In this document: in pieces, positions 38,798 through 48,159 of the stretch
Layout: each line of letters opens with the position of its first letter
Numbering within the stretch: position 1 is the stretch's first letter
Assembly: GCA_044358055.1 (NCBI GenBank)
Contig: JBIKOL010000001.1
Span: 46,499-110,498, forward strand
Reading direction: 5' to 3'
DNA from: Candidatus Obscuribacteraceae bacterium
Lineage (GTDB): Bacteria; Cyanobacteriota; Vampirovibrionia; Obscuribacterales; Obscuribacteraceae
DNA length: 64,000 nt
Position numbers and translations under genes: made by a program
The notes under the pieces: generated by a model
The model's database searches: none
What the model saw: only the letters and a program-made list of their open reading frames with translations
What the model was told of the DNA's origin: nothing

Positions 38798-40375
38798 ATG
38801 ACCACCGCTGTTGATCGCGTAAAAATTGTTGGCACGCAAAGCAAGGAATTCTCCGAGATACTGACGGACGAAGCACTGGCCTTTTTGCTGGAACTGCATC
38901 AAAAGTTCAATCCAGTAAGAACTGCGCTATTGGCTAAGCGAGCTGAGCGTCAGAAGGAGCTCGACGCAGGCAAGTTGCCTGAGTTTTTGAAAGAAACAGA
39001 AGAACAGCGTTCAAGCGCATGGGAAGTGGCAACTTGTCCGGCTGATTTGCAAGATCGCCGCGTAGAAATTACCGGTCCGGTTGATGCCAAAATGATCATC
39101 AATGCACTCAACTGCGGTGCAAATGTTTTCATGGCAGACTTCGAAGATGCAAACTCGCCTACATGGACAAACTGCATCGAAGGGCAAATAAATTTGAAGG
39201 CTGCTGTGCGCCGTACTCTTTCATTCCAGAGCCCTGAAGGCAAGTCCTACAAATTGAATGAGAAGCTGGCTACTCTGCTTGTTCGCCCTCGTGGCTGGCA
39301 TCTTTCAGAGAAGCATGTTACCGTGGATGGTGAACCTATTTCCGCGAGCTTGTTCGATTTCGGACTCTATTTTTTGCACAATGCCGAAGAACTTTTGAAG
39401 CGCGGAAGCGGACCTTACTTCTACATTCCTAAACTTGAAAGCCATCACGAGGCAAGACTGTGGGCTGATGTCTTCAAGTTCGCGGAAGAGAGATTGAAGA
39501 TAAAGTCAGGCTCGATTCGTTGCACGGTTCTTATTGAAACAATTCTTGCGGCATTCGAAATGGATGAAATTCTATTTGAACTGCGCAATTATGCCTCAGG
39601 CTTAAACGCTGGACGTTGGGATTACATGTTCAGCATGATTAAAAAATTGAACAAGCAGCCTGGGTTTATGCTGCCCGACAGAGCGCAAGTGACTATGAAT
39701 GTCCCGTTCATGCGTGCTTATTGCGACCTGCTTGTGAAAACTTGCCACCACAGAAAAGCGCATGCTATGGGTGGAATGGCTGCATTTATTCCAAGTCGTC
39801 GTGATAAAGAGCTGAACGAGCGTGCACTCACCAAAGTACGCGAAGATAAGCAGCGCGAGACAAGTCAAGGATTTGATGGAACCTGGGTTGCTCACCCAGA
39901 TCTCGTGCCTGTTGCCAAAGAAGAGTTCGACAAAGTTCTGGGCAGCAATCCCAATCAGAAAAATGTTTTGCGCGCGAATGTTTCAGTAAGTGCAGAGCAA
40001 TTGTTGAATACGCAAATTGATGGCAGTCAAATTACTGAAGAAGGTCTGCGCAACAACATAAGCGTTGCCTTGCAATATATCGCGAACTGGCTGACGGGAA
40101 CTGGTGCTGTAGCAATTTTCAATCTAATGGAAGATGCTGCGACTGCAGAAATTTCCCGTGCACAAATCTGGTTGTGGCGCACGCGTCAAGCAAAACTTGC
40201 TGATGGGCGTGTGGTCACCGACGAACTGTATGAAAGCTTGAAAAAGGACGAGCTGGCTAAGCTGGAAGGCACTTCGCCACGCTTGAATGATGCAGCGAAT
40301 TTGCTGGACATGCTCGTCTTAGGCGATGAATTCAAAGAGTTTTTGACCTTGCCGGCATATCAAGTTCTCAAATAG
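38798..40375 (+). CDS. aceB: Malate synthase A
   Basis: [85 protein letters not shown] before ATG 38798. Confidence 0.95.
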   Translation: MTTAVDRVKIVGTQSKEFSEILTDEALAFLLELHQKFNPVRTALLAKRAERQKELDAGKLPEFLKETEEQRSSAWEVATCPADLQDRRVEITGPVDAKMIINALNCGANVFMADFEDANSPTWTNCIEGQINLKAAVRRTLSFQSPEGKSYKLNEKLATLLVRPRGWHLSEKHVTVDGEPISASLFDFGLYFLHNAEELLKRGSGPYFYIPKLESHHEARLWADVFKFAEERLKIKSGSIRCTVLIETILAAFEMDEILFELRNYASGLNAGRWDYMFSMIKKLNKQPGFMLPDRAQVTMNVPFMRAYCDLLVKTCHHRKAHAMGGMAAFIPSRRDKELNERALTKVREDKQRETSQGFDGTWVAHPDLVPVAKEEFDKVLGSNPNQKNVLRANVSVSAEQLLNTQIDGSQITEEGLRNNISVALQYIANWLTGTGAVAIFNLMEDAATAEISRAQIWLWRTRQAKLADGRVVTDELYESLKKDELAKLEGTSPRLNDAANLLDMLVLGDEFKEFLTLPAYQVLK

Positions 40376-40386
40376 GAGAAACGTGC

Positions 40387-41184
40387 TTATTTAGATTGCC
40401 AGCCACTTCCATCCTCTTCTTTTGGATGAGGAACAGTCTCATCGGCACTGTGACTCAGCTCAATCATGCGAGCTTCGATTTGAGACGCCCGTTCATCCTT
40501 CTGAATACTGTGCAGGAATTTTGCGTAGGTTTTCAAAAAGGGACTTAGCGAGGGTGAGGTTCTGCCAAATTGCTTTTGGCGCAATTCAATCACCCGTTGA
40601 TAGAATTGATCGGCTTCGGCTGTTTTGCCTTCTCGTTCGTAATTTACGGCAATGTCCAGTAGCGTGTTCGCGACCAGACCGTGATCCTCACCGAACAATT
40701 TGCTTCTTAGAATTAGCAAGCGATCTAAGCAGTGCTCAGCTTCCTCGAATTGATGCGAGCGTCTCAGGCAGCGGCTCAGTCCATATAAATTGTTTGCGAC
40801 CGCATTCGAATCGCACCCATATAGTGACTCACAAGTAGAAATCGCTCTCAGGTATAATTTTTCAGCGTCCTGAAAGTTGAAATCGAGGTACTGGAGAAGC
40901 GCCAGATTTTGCAAACAAAGAGCGTATTTCGGGCTGTTGTTGTTTTCCCTCAAAAGAGCTGCTTTGAGTGATTCCTGGGACTTTTCATATTCTCCGGCAT
41001 CGAAATGCGATTTTGCTGTTCGCATGAGCGTTTCTGTGCTTTCTTCTGCAAGAGCTTTAGGTACCTGGCCGAACAGGGATATCAAGATCAAAGCAGTGCC
41101 CAACCAGGAAGGCAAAGCATCTTTTGGTTTTTCTGATTTGTCTGCAGACATCAGTTCTGGACGCTGTTTATTCGTAAAAGCCAT
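40387..41184 (-). CDS. TPR (TPR_10/12-type) repeat protein with N-terminal membrane anchor
   Basis: TM/signal segment WLGTALILISLFGQVPKALA, then kinesin-light-chain-type TPRs. Confidence 0.78.
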   Translation of the reverse strand: MAFTNKQRPELMSADKSEKPKDALPSWLGTALILISLFGQVPKALAEESTETLMRTAKSHFDAGEYEKSQESLKAALLRENNNSPKYALCLQNLALLQYLDFNFQDAEKLYLRAISTCESLYGCDSNAVANNLYGLSRCLRRSHQFEEAEHCLDRLLILRSKLFGEDHGLVANTLLDIAVNYEREGKTAEADQFYQRVIELRQKQFGRTSPSLSPFLKTYAKFLHSIQKDERASQIEARMIELSHSADETVPHPKEEDGSGWQSK

Positions 41185-41421
41185 AAATCCTTCTTACCCG
41201 GGGCGTAAAGTTGTCCCCTTTGCTTTTATATTAATTCGCTCTTCCAATTATCTGTGATGAAAGCGAAAAACCGCAACATGGACCCCTATCATCTGAATTC
41301 ATCTTTGGGTAGAACCTCTGTCACTGCGATAGAATATACTCCGCTGTTAATTTTGAGCGATTCTCTTGGATATCGCGCAGGTGCTGCGATAAAGCAGTAA
41401 GTCTGCTTGGAAGGAGTTAGA

Positions 41422-42138
41422 ATGCAAAGGTTGAATCTGTCGATTGTAATTTTCTTTGCGCTTGCATGTGTGCAGTTGGGGCCTGCTCTGGCGCAGAACT
41501 CTAGTGAAGACCAGTCTTCTAGTGGGTCTGCGGGCATGCCACAGCAAGATTCAGGCGCAGATACTGCTGGTGCTGTAGTTGAGCGGAATTTCTCTAGTTC
41601 GACATCCTCTTCATCGTCAAGTTCTTCACGTTCATCATCATCATCATCATCATCATCGTCGTCACCACCGTCACAATCTTCTTCCCCCTCCTCGGCTCAA
41701 TCGCCGAATCCCCCAGCTCAATCATCTAGTTCTGTCTCGGATAATGGTCCTGTATTTGGTGCAGCTGGAACGGAGAAACCGTCGATAAAATTTGTGCCTA
41801 AGTTCAAGCAGAGATTGAACGATATTGCAGATCAAATTAAGATGGCTCAGGGCAAAAACTTTATCACTGCAGCTGAAGCGTCTCAATTTCTTGAACGAGA
41901 AAATAAGCTCTTGTCGGTTGAAGCGGATGCCAGCAAGAATGGATTTCCTAAAAGCAGTATCGATGATCTGGAAAAAGCAATTACGCTGCTGAATGGTGAT
42001 CTTTTCAAAGCAATGCGGAAAAGCGATCCCGTTAAGCCGGGGACGGCCGAAAAGGAAGTAAACGATCCCAATCTGATTCCGGCCTATCCAGATCCGGAAT
42101 TGCAGCCAGGCAGTGGTCAGATGGAACAGAAGAAATGA
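41422..42138 (+). CDS. Exported Ser-rich low-complexity protein
   Basis: GGAGG then ATG 41422. Signal LSIVIFFALACVQLGPALAQ. Poly-Ser tract containing a (TCA)8 run. The stop overlaps the next start (ATGA). Confidence 0.72.
   Translation: MQRLNLSIVIFFALACVQLGPALAQNSSEDQSSSGSAGMPQQDSGADTAGAVVERNFSSSTSSSSSSSSRSSSSSSSSSSSPPSQSSSPSSAQSPNPPAQSSSSVSDNGPVFGAAGTEKPSIKFVPKFKQRLNDIADQIKMAQGKNFITAAEASQFLERENKLLSVEADASKNGFPKSSIDDLEKAITLLNGDLFKAMRKSDPVKPGTAEKEVNDPNLIPAYPDPELQPGSGQMEQKK
41632..41655 (+). repeat. (TCA)8 trinucleotide microsatellite inside the poly-Ser tract
   Basis: tcatcatcatcatcatcatcatca read directly. Confidence 0.9.
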
Positions 42139-43229
42139 AAAAGTTGAGTAAATTGATTCGCTTCGTTATTCTGTTGAGTATCTCAACTTCTGTTTCGGCC
42201 TTTTCTGCAGAACAAGCAAAGAAGCCAATTGTAATAGCTCACAGAGGCGCCTCTGGCTACCGTCCTGAGCATACTCTGGCTGCCTACGAACTGGCAATTG
42301 ATCTTGGCGCTGATTATGTAGAGCCGGATCTGGTTAGCACCAAAGATGGTGTCCTGGTTGCGCGGCATGAAAATGAAATCTCAGGCACTACAGATGTTGC
42401 AGATCACCCTGAATTTAAAGACAGGTACAAGACAAAAGATCTCGATGGAGTGTCTACCAAAGGCTGGTGGACTGAAGATTTTACTCTTGCTGAACTGAAG
42501 ACGCTTCGCGCCAGAGAAAGACTACCGAAGATTCGCCAGCACAATACAATGTACAACGGAAGATATGAGGTTCCAACCTTTCAGGAGATTATCGATCTTG
42601 TTAAAAGGAAAAGCCAAGAAACCGAAAGGCAGATTGGCATATATCCGGAAATAAAGCATCCAAGCTACTTCGCGGCTTTAGGATTGTCACCCGAGCAAAC
42701 AATGCTTGAGTTGCTGAAGAAGAATAACCTGGACAAAGCAGGTTCACTTGTCTTTATTCAATGTTTCGAACCATCTACTCTGAAGCGCCTCCATACTCTG
42801 ACAAAACTGCCGCTTATCCAACTCGTTGACGATGAAGGCAAGCCATTTGATTGGGTTCTGAACAAAGACCCTCGTAGCTGTGCTGACATGGTCACTGAGA
42901 AGGGACTTGCTGAAATTGCCACCTATGCTCAGGGAATTGGACCAAACAAGAATTTGATAGTGCCCCGTGATAAAGAGGGCAAATTGCAAAAAGAAACTGC
43001 TCTAGTTGCAAATGCTCATAAGAACGGGCTTCTTGTACACCCATGGACGATGCGCAATGAGAACCAATTCCTGCCGCTAGACTATGTTTCGAAATCTCAT
43101 TCAAATGGGCTCATGGATCCTGCTGCTTACGGAAACGCTTTTGCCGAATATAAGTTGTTCTACAAACTGGGAGTTGATGGTGTCTTCAGTGAACAACCGG
43201 ACACCGCGCTTGAAGCCCGAGACAAGTAA
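42135..43229 (+). CDS. glpQ: Exported glycerophosphodiester phosphodiesterase (GDPD family)
   Basis: AHRGASGYRPEHTLAAY, EPDLVSTKDGVLVARHE, and a signal peptide. Confidence 0.9.
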   Translation: MKKLSKLIRFVILLSISTSVSAFSAEQAKKPIVIAHRGASGYRPEHTLAAYELAIDLGADYVEPDLVSTKDGVLVARHENEISGTTDVADHPEFKDRYKTKDLDGVSTKGWWTEDFTLAELKTLRARERLPKIRQHNTMYNGRYEVPTFQEIIDLVKRKSQETERQIGIYPEIKHPSYFAALGLSPEQTMLELLKKNNLDKAGSLVFIQCFEPSTLKRLHTLTKLPLIQLVDDEGKPFDWVLNKDPRSCADMVTEKGLAEIATYAQGIGPNKNLIVPRDKEGKLQKETALVANAHKNGLLVHPWTMRNENQFLPLDYVSKSHSNGLMDPAAYGNAFAEYKLFYKLGVDGVFSEQPDTALEARDK

Positions 43230-43253
43230 TCCCCGAATTATGTGTAGCAATAG

Positions 43254-43285
43254 AGCGACAGCCGCCGGTCACTGCGGCTGTCGCT
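43254..43285. terminator. 12-bp perfect hairpin between convergent glpQ and 43377..44060, preceded by a GTAG head
   Basis: agcgacagccgc cggtcact gcggctgtcgct. No clear U-tract, and GTAG sits at 43244..43247, so it may be a REP relative. Confidence 0.55.
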
Positions 43286-43376
43286 CGGCCGAACGGCACT
43301 TGCAGATCCTAAGTGCTCTTAGGGAGGATGGCAAATTCCAACGCAAAGAGAGCTCAGGTGTCGTCAATCGCAGCTT

Positions 43377-44060
43377 TTAGAATCTGCTTATGCCGCGGTT
43401 AGCTAAAGAATTCAGCAGTCCAGAAAACATTCCTGGATTGTAGTTTCCATATGCATTTCCGTACGGATTTGAATACGGGTTGACGTAATTAATCGGAGAA
43501 ATGTATGGATTGCCATAAGCAGTGTTCATCGGGTTGATTGTATTGATGGCACTGTTTATGAACCCATTTCCCATTCCATTATAAGCATGATGGTGGTGGC
43601 AGCCACCATCACCGTATCCGTATCCGTTTCCATATGCGGAATTGCCGTATGCGTTTCCGTACGCGACATTTCCGTAACCGTATCCGTTTCCGTAGGAGTT
43701 GGTGCCGAGTAGAGTGTTTAGAAGACCTCCGTTATTATAACCATTATTTTGAATATCGTTTTGGAAGCGCCTTGCAAGGCGGTTCAAGCTGGCATTCAAA
43801 CTAAGTCGATCGGGAGTATTCAAACGACCGCCGTCTTGCAGTGACCATTGTTGATCTTTAGAAATTAGCCCGGTGTATCTAGACATCAAATCACTAGCCT
43901 GGGCTGGGGTAATTAACCCCTGGCTCAACGCTTGCTGCACTTGATTCATTTGCGATTGAGCCTGCCAGCCTGGTGTGTCAGCATTGGCAGCAAGGAAGGT
44001 AGTTAACGAGCCAGTCAAAGCGACCAGCGCGCCAGTAAGGAGTCGCGTTTTCTTCAGCAT
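43377..44060 (-). CDS. Exported Gly/Tyr/Asn-rich repeat protein with internal His4
   Basis: GGAGG 7 nt before ATG 44060. Signal LLTGALVALTGSLTTFLAANA. Repeats GNGYGYGNVAYGNAYGNSAYGNGYGYGDGGCHHHH and NPY/GNAYGN. Confidence 0.72.
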   Translation of the reverse strand: MLKKTRLLTGALVALTGSLTTFLAANADTPGWQAQSQMNQVQQALSQGLITPAQASDLMSRYTGLISKDQQWSLQDGGRLNTPDRLSLNASLNRLARRFQNDIQNNGYNNGGLLNTLLGTNSYGNGYGYGNVAYGNAYGNSAYGNGYGYGDGGCHHHHAYNGMGNGFINSAINTINPMNTAYGNPYISPINYVNPYSNPYGNAYGNYNPGMFSGLLNSLANRGISRF

Positions 44061-44268
44061 TTTCTGTGCCTCCAGGCATGCTTGCAATTAGGAACACTGT
44101 CGAGAGCGCTGCCGGGATCACCCATGACAAAAACGCAGACGAAGGCGTGTTTAAAATGTTCTGGCTTTTTCCAATTTGTTCAATAATTTTTCTTGAACTT
44201 CTTTATGTTCCTGAAAGACCGAGCTCGGGTATACTTTTTTGATATATGGTTTGCGTAAGGAGCCAGGT

Positions 44269-44838
44269 ATGAGAGTTGCACTCAGTTTCTTGTCCGCGAT
44301 TATTATCAGCTGTCTGCTAATGAGCAGTGCGTTTTGTTCAGATAAGAAATCGGAAGCTGGCAAGAAAGCCGATTTGCAAAAGGCCTATTTTGCCGCCGGC
44401 TGTTTCTGGAAGGTGCAATATATTTTTAGCAAGTTGCCCGGTGTTGTTCACACAAGTGCAGGCTATTCTGGCGGCACAACAATCGATCCAACTTACAGGC
44501 AAGTTTGCAGCAATAAAACCGGGCACGCAGAAACCGTGCAGGTTGAATTTGATCCTAGCAAAGTCAGTTACCGCAAACTGCTGGAAGTCTTCTGGGCTAA
44601 TCACGATCCTACTACAGTAAACAGGCAGGGCGTTGATGTCGGCACGCAATATCGCTCGGCAATCTTCTATACCAGCCCAGAGCAACAGAAAGAGGCGCTT
44701 GCCTACAAGCAAGAACTCGAGAAAGCCCACAAGTTCAATAAGCCTATTGTGACCCTAATAGAGCCCGCGGCACCGTTCTATTCTGCTGAAGAGTATCATC
44801 AAGATTATTTTGAAAAGCACGGAATGGCTTGCGACTAG
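44269..44838 (+). CDS. msrA: Peptide-methionine (S)-S-oxide reductase MsrA with N-terminal export signal
   Basis: GCFW active-site motif, GHAETVQVEFDP, QYRSAIFY. AGGAG before ATG 44269. Hydrophobic leader LSFLSAIIISCLLMSSAFC. Confidence 0.92.
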   Translation: MRVALSFLSAIIISCLLMSSAFCSDKKSEAGKKADLQKAYFAAGCFWKVQYIFSKLPGVVHTSAGYSGGTTIDPTYRQVCSNKTGHAETVQVEFDPSKVSYRKLLEVFWANHDPTTVNRQGVDVGTQYRSAIFYTSPEQQKEALAYKQELEKAHKFNKPIVTLIEPAAPFYSAEEYHQDYFEKHGMACD

Positions 44839-45656
44839 TTGCATGCTTGTATTGCTGTGAATGGTAGCCTTAGCTCAAAAGAGGTCCCGTTGCCGGGTGA
44901 GCTGAAGCAGGAAATCTTGCCGCTGTGTGCTTTGACTATTTCGCTGCAAAGACAAAGTCCGGCTCCAGTCACCGGGGCATAATGACCGCTTGAAGAGACT
45001 ACAAAATACCGTTCGAACAGATCGCCTATATCGTCGATGGCAATGCCCTTCCCATCGTCTTCGATGAGGACAACGCATTCATTCAACTTGCTGCGCGAAA
45101 GTTTTATAGAGATGCGGCTTCTTGCGTATTTGAACGCATTGTCGACGATGTGATTAAACATTCTGGTAATTTCTGTTTTGTCGCAAAAAAGTTCCATATC
45201 GGGAGTGCTGATGTTCAGGCTCAGTTCAATGCCCTTCTTTTGCCTCTTGCGCAACAACGAATTGAAAATATCTTCAACTTTTGCATACTCAAAATTGAGT
45301 GCCTTCGAACCAGAACGATAACGACAGATGTCCATCACCATTAGCGTGAGCCTGTCAATTTCTTCCATGCTTTGAGCGAGCAATGAAATAAGCTCTTGCT
45401 GCTTGGCGCTTAATTCACCGAACTGACCTTCGAGAAGAAGTTGTATTACTCTATGAGAAGCTAAAACAGGTGTTCGCAAGCGATGATTCAAGACGGCCAG
45501 GAAGTCTTCTTGCTGTTGCCGCAATGCGACGTCTTTCCCTATTCGGCTTTTAGAGCTGTTTTTTTTATGGTGATTATTTGACTCTTGCATTTCTAATTTC
45601 TGAGGGCGCGACCAACTAGATACAAATGTATGATAAATAGGTGCTTCCAACATCAT
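44835..45656 (-). CDS. Soluble histidine kinase (HisKA + HATPase only)
   Basis: H-box LAVLNHRLRTPV, N-box HIVDNAFKYA, DDGKGI, GAGLCLCSEIV. No TM or sensor domain and no adjacent response regulator. Confidence 0.85.
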   Translation of the reverse strand: MMLEAPIYHTFVSSWSRPQKLEMQESNNHHKKNSSKSRIGKDVALRQQQEDFLAVLNHRLRTPVLASHRVIQLLLEGQFGELSAKQQELISLLAQSMEEIDRLTLMVMDICRYRSGSKALNFEYAKVEDIFNSLLRKRQKKGIELSLNISTPDMELFCDKTEITRMFNHIVDNAFKYARSRISIKLSRSKLNECVVLIEDDGKGIAIDDIGDLFERYFVVSSSGHYAPVTGAGLCLCSEIVKAHSGKISCFSSPGNGTSFELRLPFTAIQACN

Positions 45657-45741
45657 TCCTTTTAATGATAAACACCGTCAGTAAGCTGATTCTCTTCTTT
45701 AACATGCCTTCCGAAGGCGCTTTCCATGAGTGAGAATGTGT

Positions 45742-46530
45742 TTACTGTGCAGACGGGATCAAATGCTCCTGACCACTCAAAAGCAGGTACTTTGTGAACA
45801 TCTCGCGCAAGTTGCCTCGCTCATCACAATCGCTGCTATTGTACGGTTCTATTCTTTTCTCTACGCGCATTGCACGAGTAAAAAAGCGTGCTCGACCGTC
45901 AATTTCTGTGTCTTTGATAGTCAGGTCGGCTAGGACAATGTCGTTTGTAACTGGTGTATATGCTGTTAGCGTTTCTTCTTTAAAGCTGTCTATAATCGCC
46001 TTGTCTTCATTAGCCATGCGAGTCACGCTTGCTGTTGTTTTTACAATCAGCGCATTCGCTAAGCTTTCGATTAACGAAATACTTTCAATATTTTGAATTT
46101 CTGTAAATGTGCCGGCATCAATCTTTCTCTGATAGGGTGCCCCGGCGTGCCAGATTCCACCCTGGCGATCTGTCTGGGTACCAATTTTGCTTATTCTATT
46201 AATTTGAATTTTCTGCGGCAAACCAGGAACTGATTCTCCCGTCCGTAGATTTATACTTGCAAGCAGTATTTGCTCCTGGGCTTGCCACGTCCCAGCCAAC
46301 CATTCAGGCACCAGAATCCATTGATCGACTTTTTTTGTAGTATTGCTGGAAAGGCACTTGTCTGTAACAGCTATGTTTTGCGGAGCTGCTGCTGGTTTAC
46401 TTGCAGGAAATAATGGTATCACACCGAAGGCCAAACTGCAATGTTCTGGAAGGAAGAAGGCAAGCAATGAAGCTGCGATTATGCTCATTCGCAGGCTGCT
46501 CTTCTTCAACTGATTTGTTCTTATTCTCAT
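45742..46530 (-). CDS. Exported protein of unknown family (paralog of 57364..58404)
   Basis: ATG 46530 with GAAGG upstream. Signal SIIAASLLAFFLPEHCSLAFG. Shares WILVPEWLAGTW and G.Q.D..GGIWH blocks with the 353-aa ORF. Confidence 0.72.
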   Translation of the reverse strand: MRIRTNQLKKSSLRMSIIAASLLAFFLPEHCSLAFGVIPLFPASKPAAAPQNIAVTDKCLSSNTTKKVDQWILVPEWLAGTWQAQEQILLASINLRTGESVPGLPQKIQINRISKIGTQTDRQGGIWHAGAPYQRKIDAGTFTEIQNIESISLIESLANALIVKTTASVTRMANEDKAIIDSFKEETLTAYTPVTNDIVLADLTIKDTEIDGRARFFTRAMRVEKRIEPYNSSDCDERGNLREMFTKYLLLSGQEHLIPSAQ

Positions 46531-46636
46531 TGCCCTAGCCTTCTCGCTGGGAAGATCAAACCACATAACGAAGGCAATTCCATCAGCCTGGAGAATTAAC
46601 AAGCCGGATGTATTAGCGCAACTTAAAAGGGATCGT

Positions 46637-46659
46637 GTGAGGCGTCTCTATCATTCAAT
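46637..46659. repeat. Degenerate half-copy of family 2 element with its tail
   Basis: gtgaggcgtctctatcattcaat versus gtgaggcgccattatcaatt (35471) and atgaggcgcctctatcaatt (25324). Confidence 0.55.
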
Positions 46660-46990
46660 AAAAAGCGCGGGGGGAGCGATAAATCGCTCCCCTCGGAGAA
46701 AGGAATATATTTACTTGTCTAAACTCTTTATTCTCCTACCTCCGGGCCCTGAGGCCTTTCCAACAGCATCATTCTAACTCGCCTGAGTGCGGTGGATATC
46801 CTCCGGAATATCGAAAACCATTTGGTTAGATTCCGGAATAAATTCGGCCTGCAGGACGATGCTGCTGAGAGAGCTGAAATGGATAATGTATTCAGCAGGT
46901 GCAAGCAGGGTACCAGCTAAAAGAAAAAGGCTCTACACCTCAATAATCGCAACGAGCATTCTGCAATAATTTCACCCGCAAGCACCAACT

Positions 46991-47020
46991 GCCCCTCGCC
47001 CCCGAGGGGCATTTCTTTTC
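46991..47020 (+). terminator. Orphan plus-strand intrinsic terminator
   Basis: gcccctcg cccc cgaggggc then atttcttttc. No annotated plus-strand gene lies upstream. Confidence 0.65.
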
Positions 47021-47061
47021 TGGTGTTTGCAGAAAGTGAAATTAGAGCATTGCAGGAACAA

Positions 47062-47095
47062 AGAATGAGCCTGTTATCCAGGCTCATTCTGTTTT
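47062..47095. terminator. Bidirectional intrinsic terminator (serves minus-strand 47119..47592, also plus-strand)
   Basis: agaatgagcctg ttatc caggctcattct flanked by T-runs on both strands. Confidence 0.7.
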
Positions 47096-47118
47096 GCTTA
47101 TGGAAGCACCGTTGCGTT

Positions 47119-47592
47119 CTACGAACAGCGGCGGTGTTGTTTCAAAATTTTCTTAGCTTGTAAGCACCATTCATGACTCTCGTTTTCTCGACCGAGACGA
47201 TGACACGCTTCGGATAGACTGCGCATGAGTAAGGCAATGCTCAGGTGGTCATCTCCATGAGAGCTCGAAAGAATCCTCAATGCTTCTGCATATAAAGGCT
47301 CCGCTTTGGCTGCATTTTCATTATCCATGTACATGTCGGCGAAACTGACGAGCATGGTGGCATATTCGGTGCCCCTTCCAGCGCTTTTCTCTTTAAGAAG
47401 GATCGCTTTTGCAAACATTTTCTCCGAATCAGCAAGCATGCCCTTTTGTCCGGCAAGCAGCGCTGCATTCAGCAAAATGTTTGATGATCTGTTGTGTGCA
47501 AAAGTGCTCATTTGGTTCCTAACGGCGATCCGCTTTTTCCTTCTTTTAACAGTTTGCCAAATGGGAGGAAGTTCCACATCGTCAAATCGCAT
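47119..47592 (-). CDS. TPR (TPR_12-type) repeat protein
   Basis: 157 aa. AEPLYAEALRILSSSHGDDHLSIALLMRSLSEA type repeats. A bidirectional hairpin follows the stop. Confidence 0.72.
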   Translation of the reverse strand: MRFDDVELPPIWQTVKRRKKRIAVRNQMSTFAHNRSSNILLNAALLAGQKGMLADSEKMFAKAILLKEKSAGRGTEYATMLVSFADMYMDNENAAKAEPLYAEALRILSSSHGDDHLSIALLMRSLSEACHRLGRENESHEWCLQAKKILKQHRRCS

Positions 47593-47788
47593 GAAAAGCA
47601 GCGGCGCTGCGTCATCCGAAGGATTAGTTTCTTTTTGCCCATAGACAACTGCTGCGCCGATTTGCCAGTTGTCTTCTTAAACTAACCTTTGGCACATCAA
47701 TCTAAAGGATGATTGTTGATCATTCCGCGGGAGCATACTGCACTATTACTCCGGTCCCATAATTGTATATTGGAGTACCAGCAGTACT

Positions 47789-48139
47789 GTGACAATGGAC
47801 AACTACAGAAGAGTGACTTCCGATCAATTGAGAGATTGGATGAGGCGTGGGGAATCTGTGCTTCTCCTCGATGTCCGAACGCCTGCACAGTTTGAAAATG
47901 AATATATTTCTGGTTCCATCAATATACCGTTGGAAAATCTGGACCCGGATCAACTATTAAGTCAGCACAAAGAACGCCCTGTGGTTCTGATTTGCAGCTC
48001 AGGCAAACGTGCCTACCAGGCCGCTGATAAGTTCATCCAGAGTGGCTTCTATGACATTATCGTCATTGCCGGCGGCTTGCTGGCATGGAAGGTGTTAGGC
48101 TTTCCTTTGATCAGGAAAACGGGCATACCTGGCGCTTGA
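47789..48139 (+). CDS. Single-domain rhodanese sulfurtransferase
   Basis: LLDVRTPAQFENEYISGSINIP and active-site loop CSSGKRA. GTG 47789 or ATG 47795. Confidence 0.88.
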   Translation: MTMDNYRRVTSDQLRDWMRRGESVLLLDVRTPAQFENEYISGSINIPLENLDPDQLLSQHKERPVVLICSSGKRAYQAADKFIQSGFYDIIVIAGGLLAWKVLGFPLIRKTGIPGA

Positions 48140-48159
48140 CCAGGCAGTCAATACTTGTA

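Noticed and set aside
46787-46969. 60-aa GTG ORF in the gene-free region
   Set aside because: It has no SD, its composition is unremarkable, and the region is rich in hairpins. It is treated as a possible micro-ORF only within the sRNA finding.
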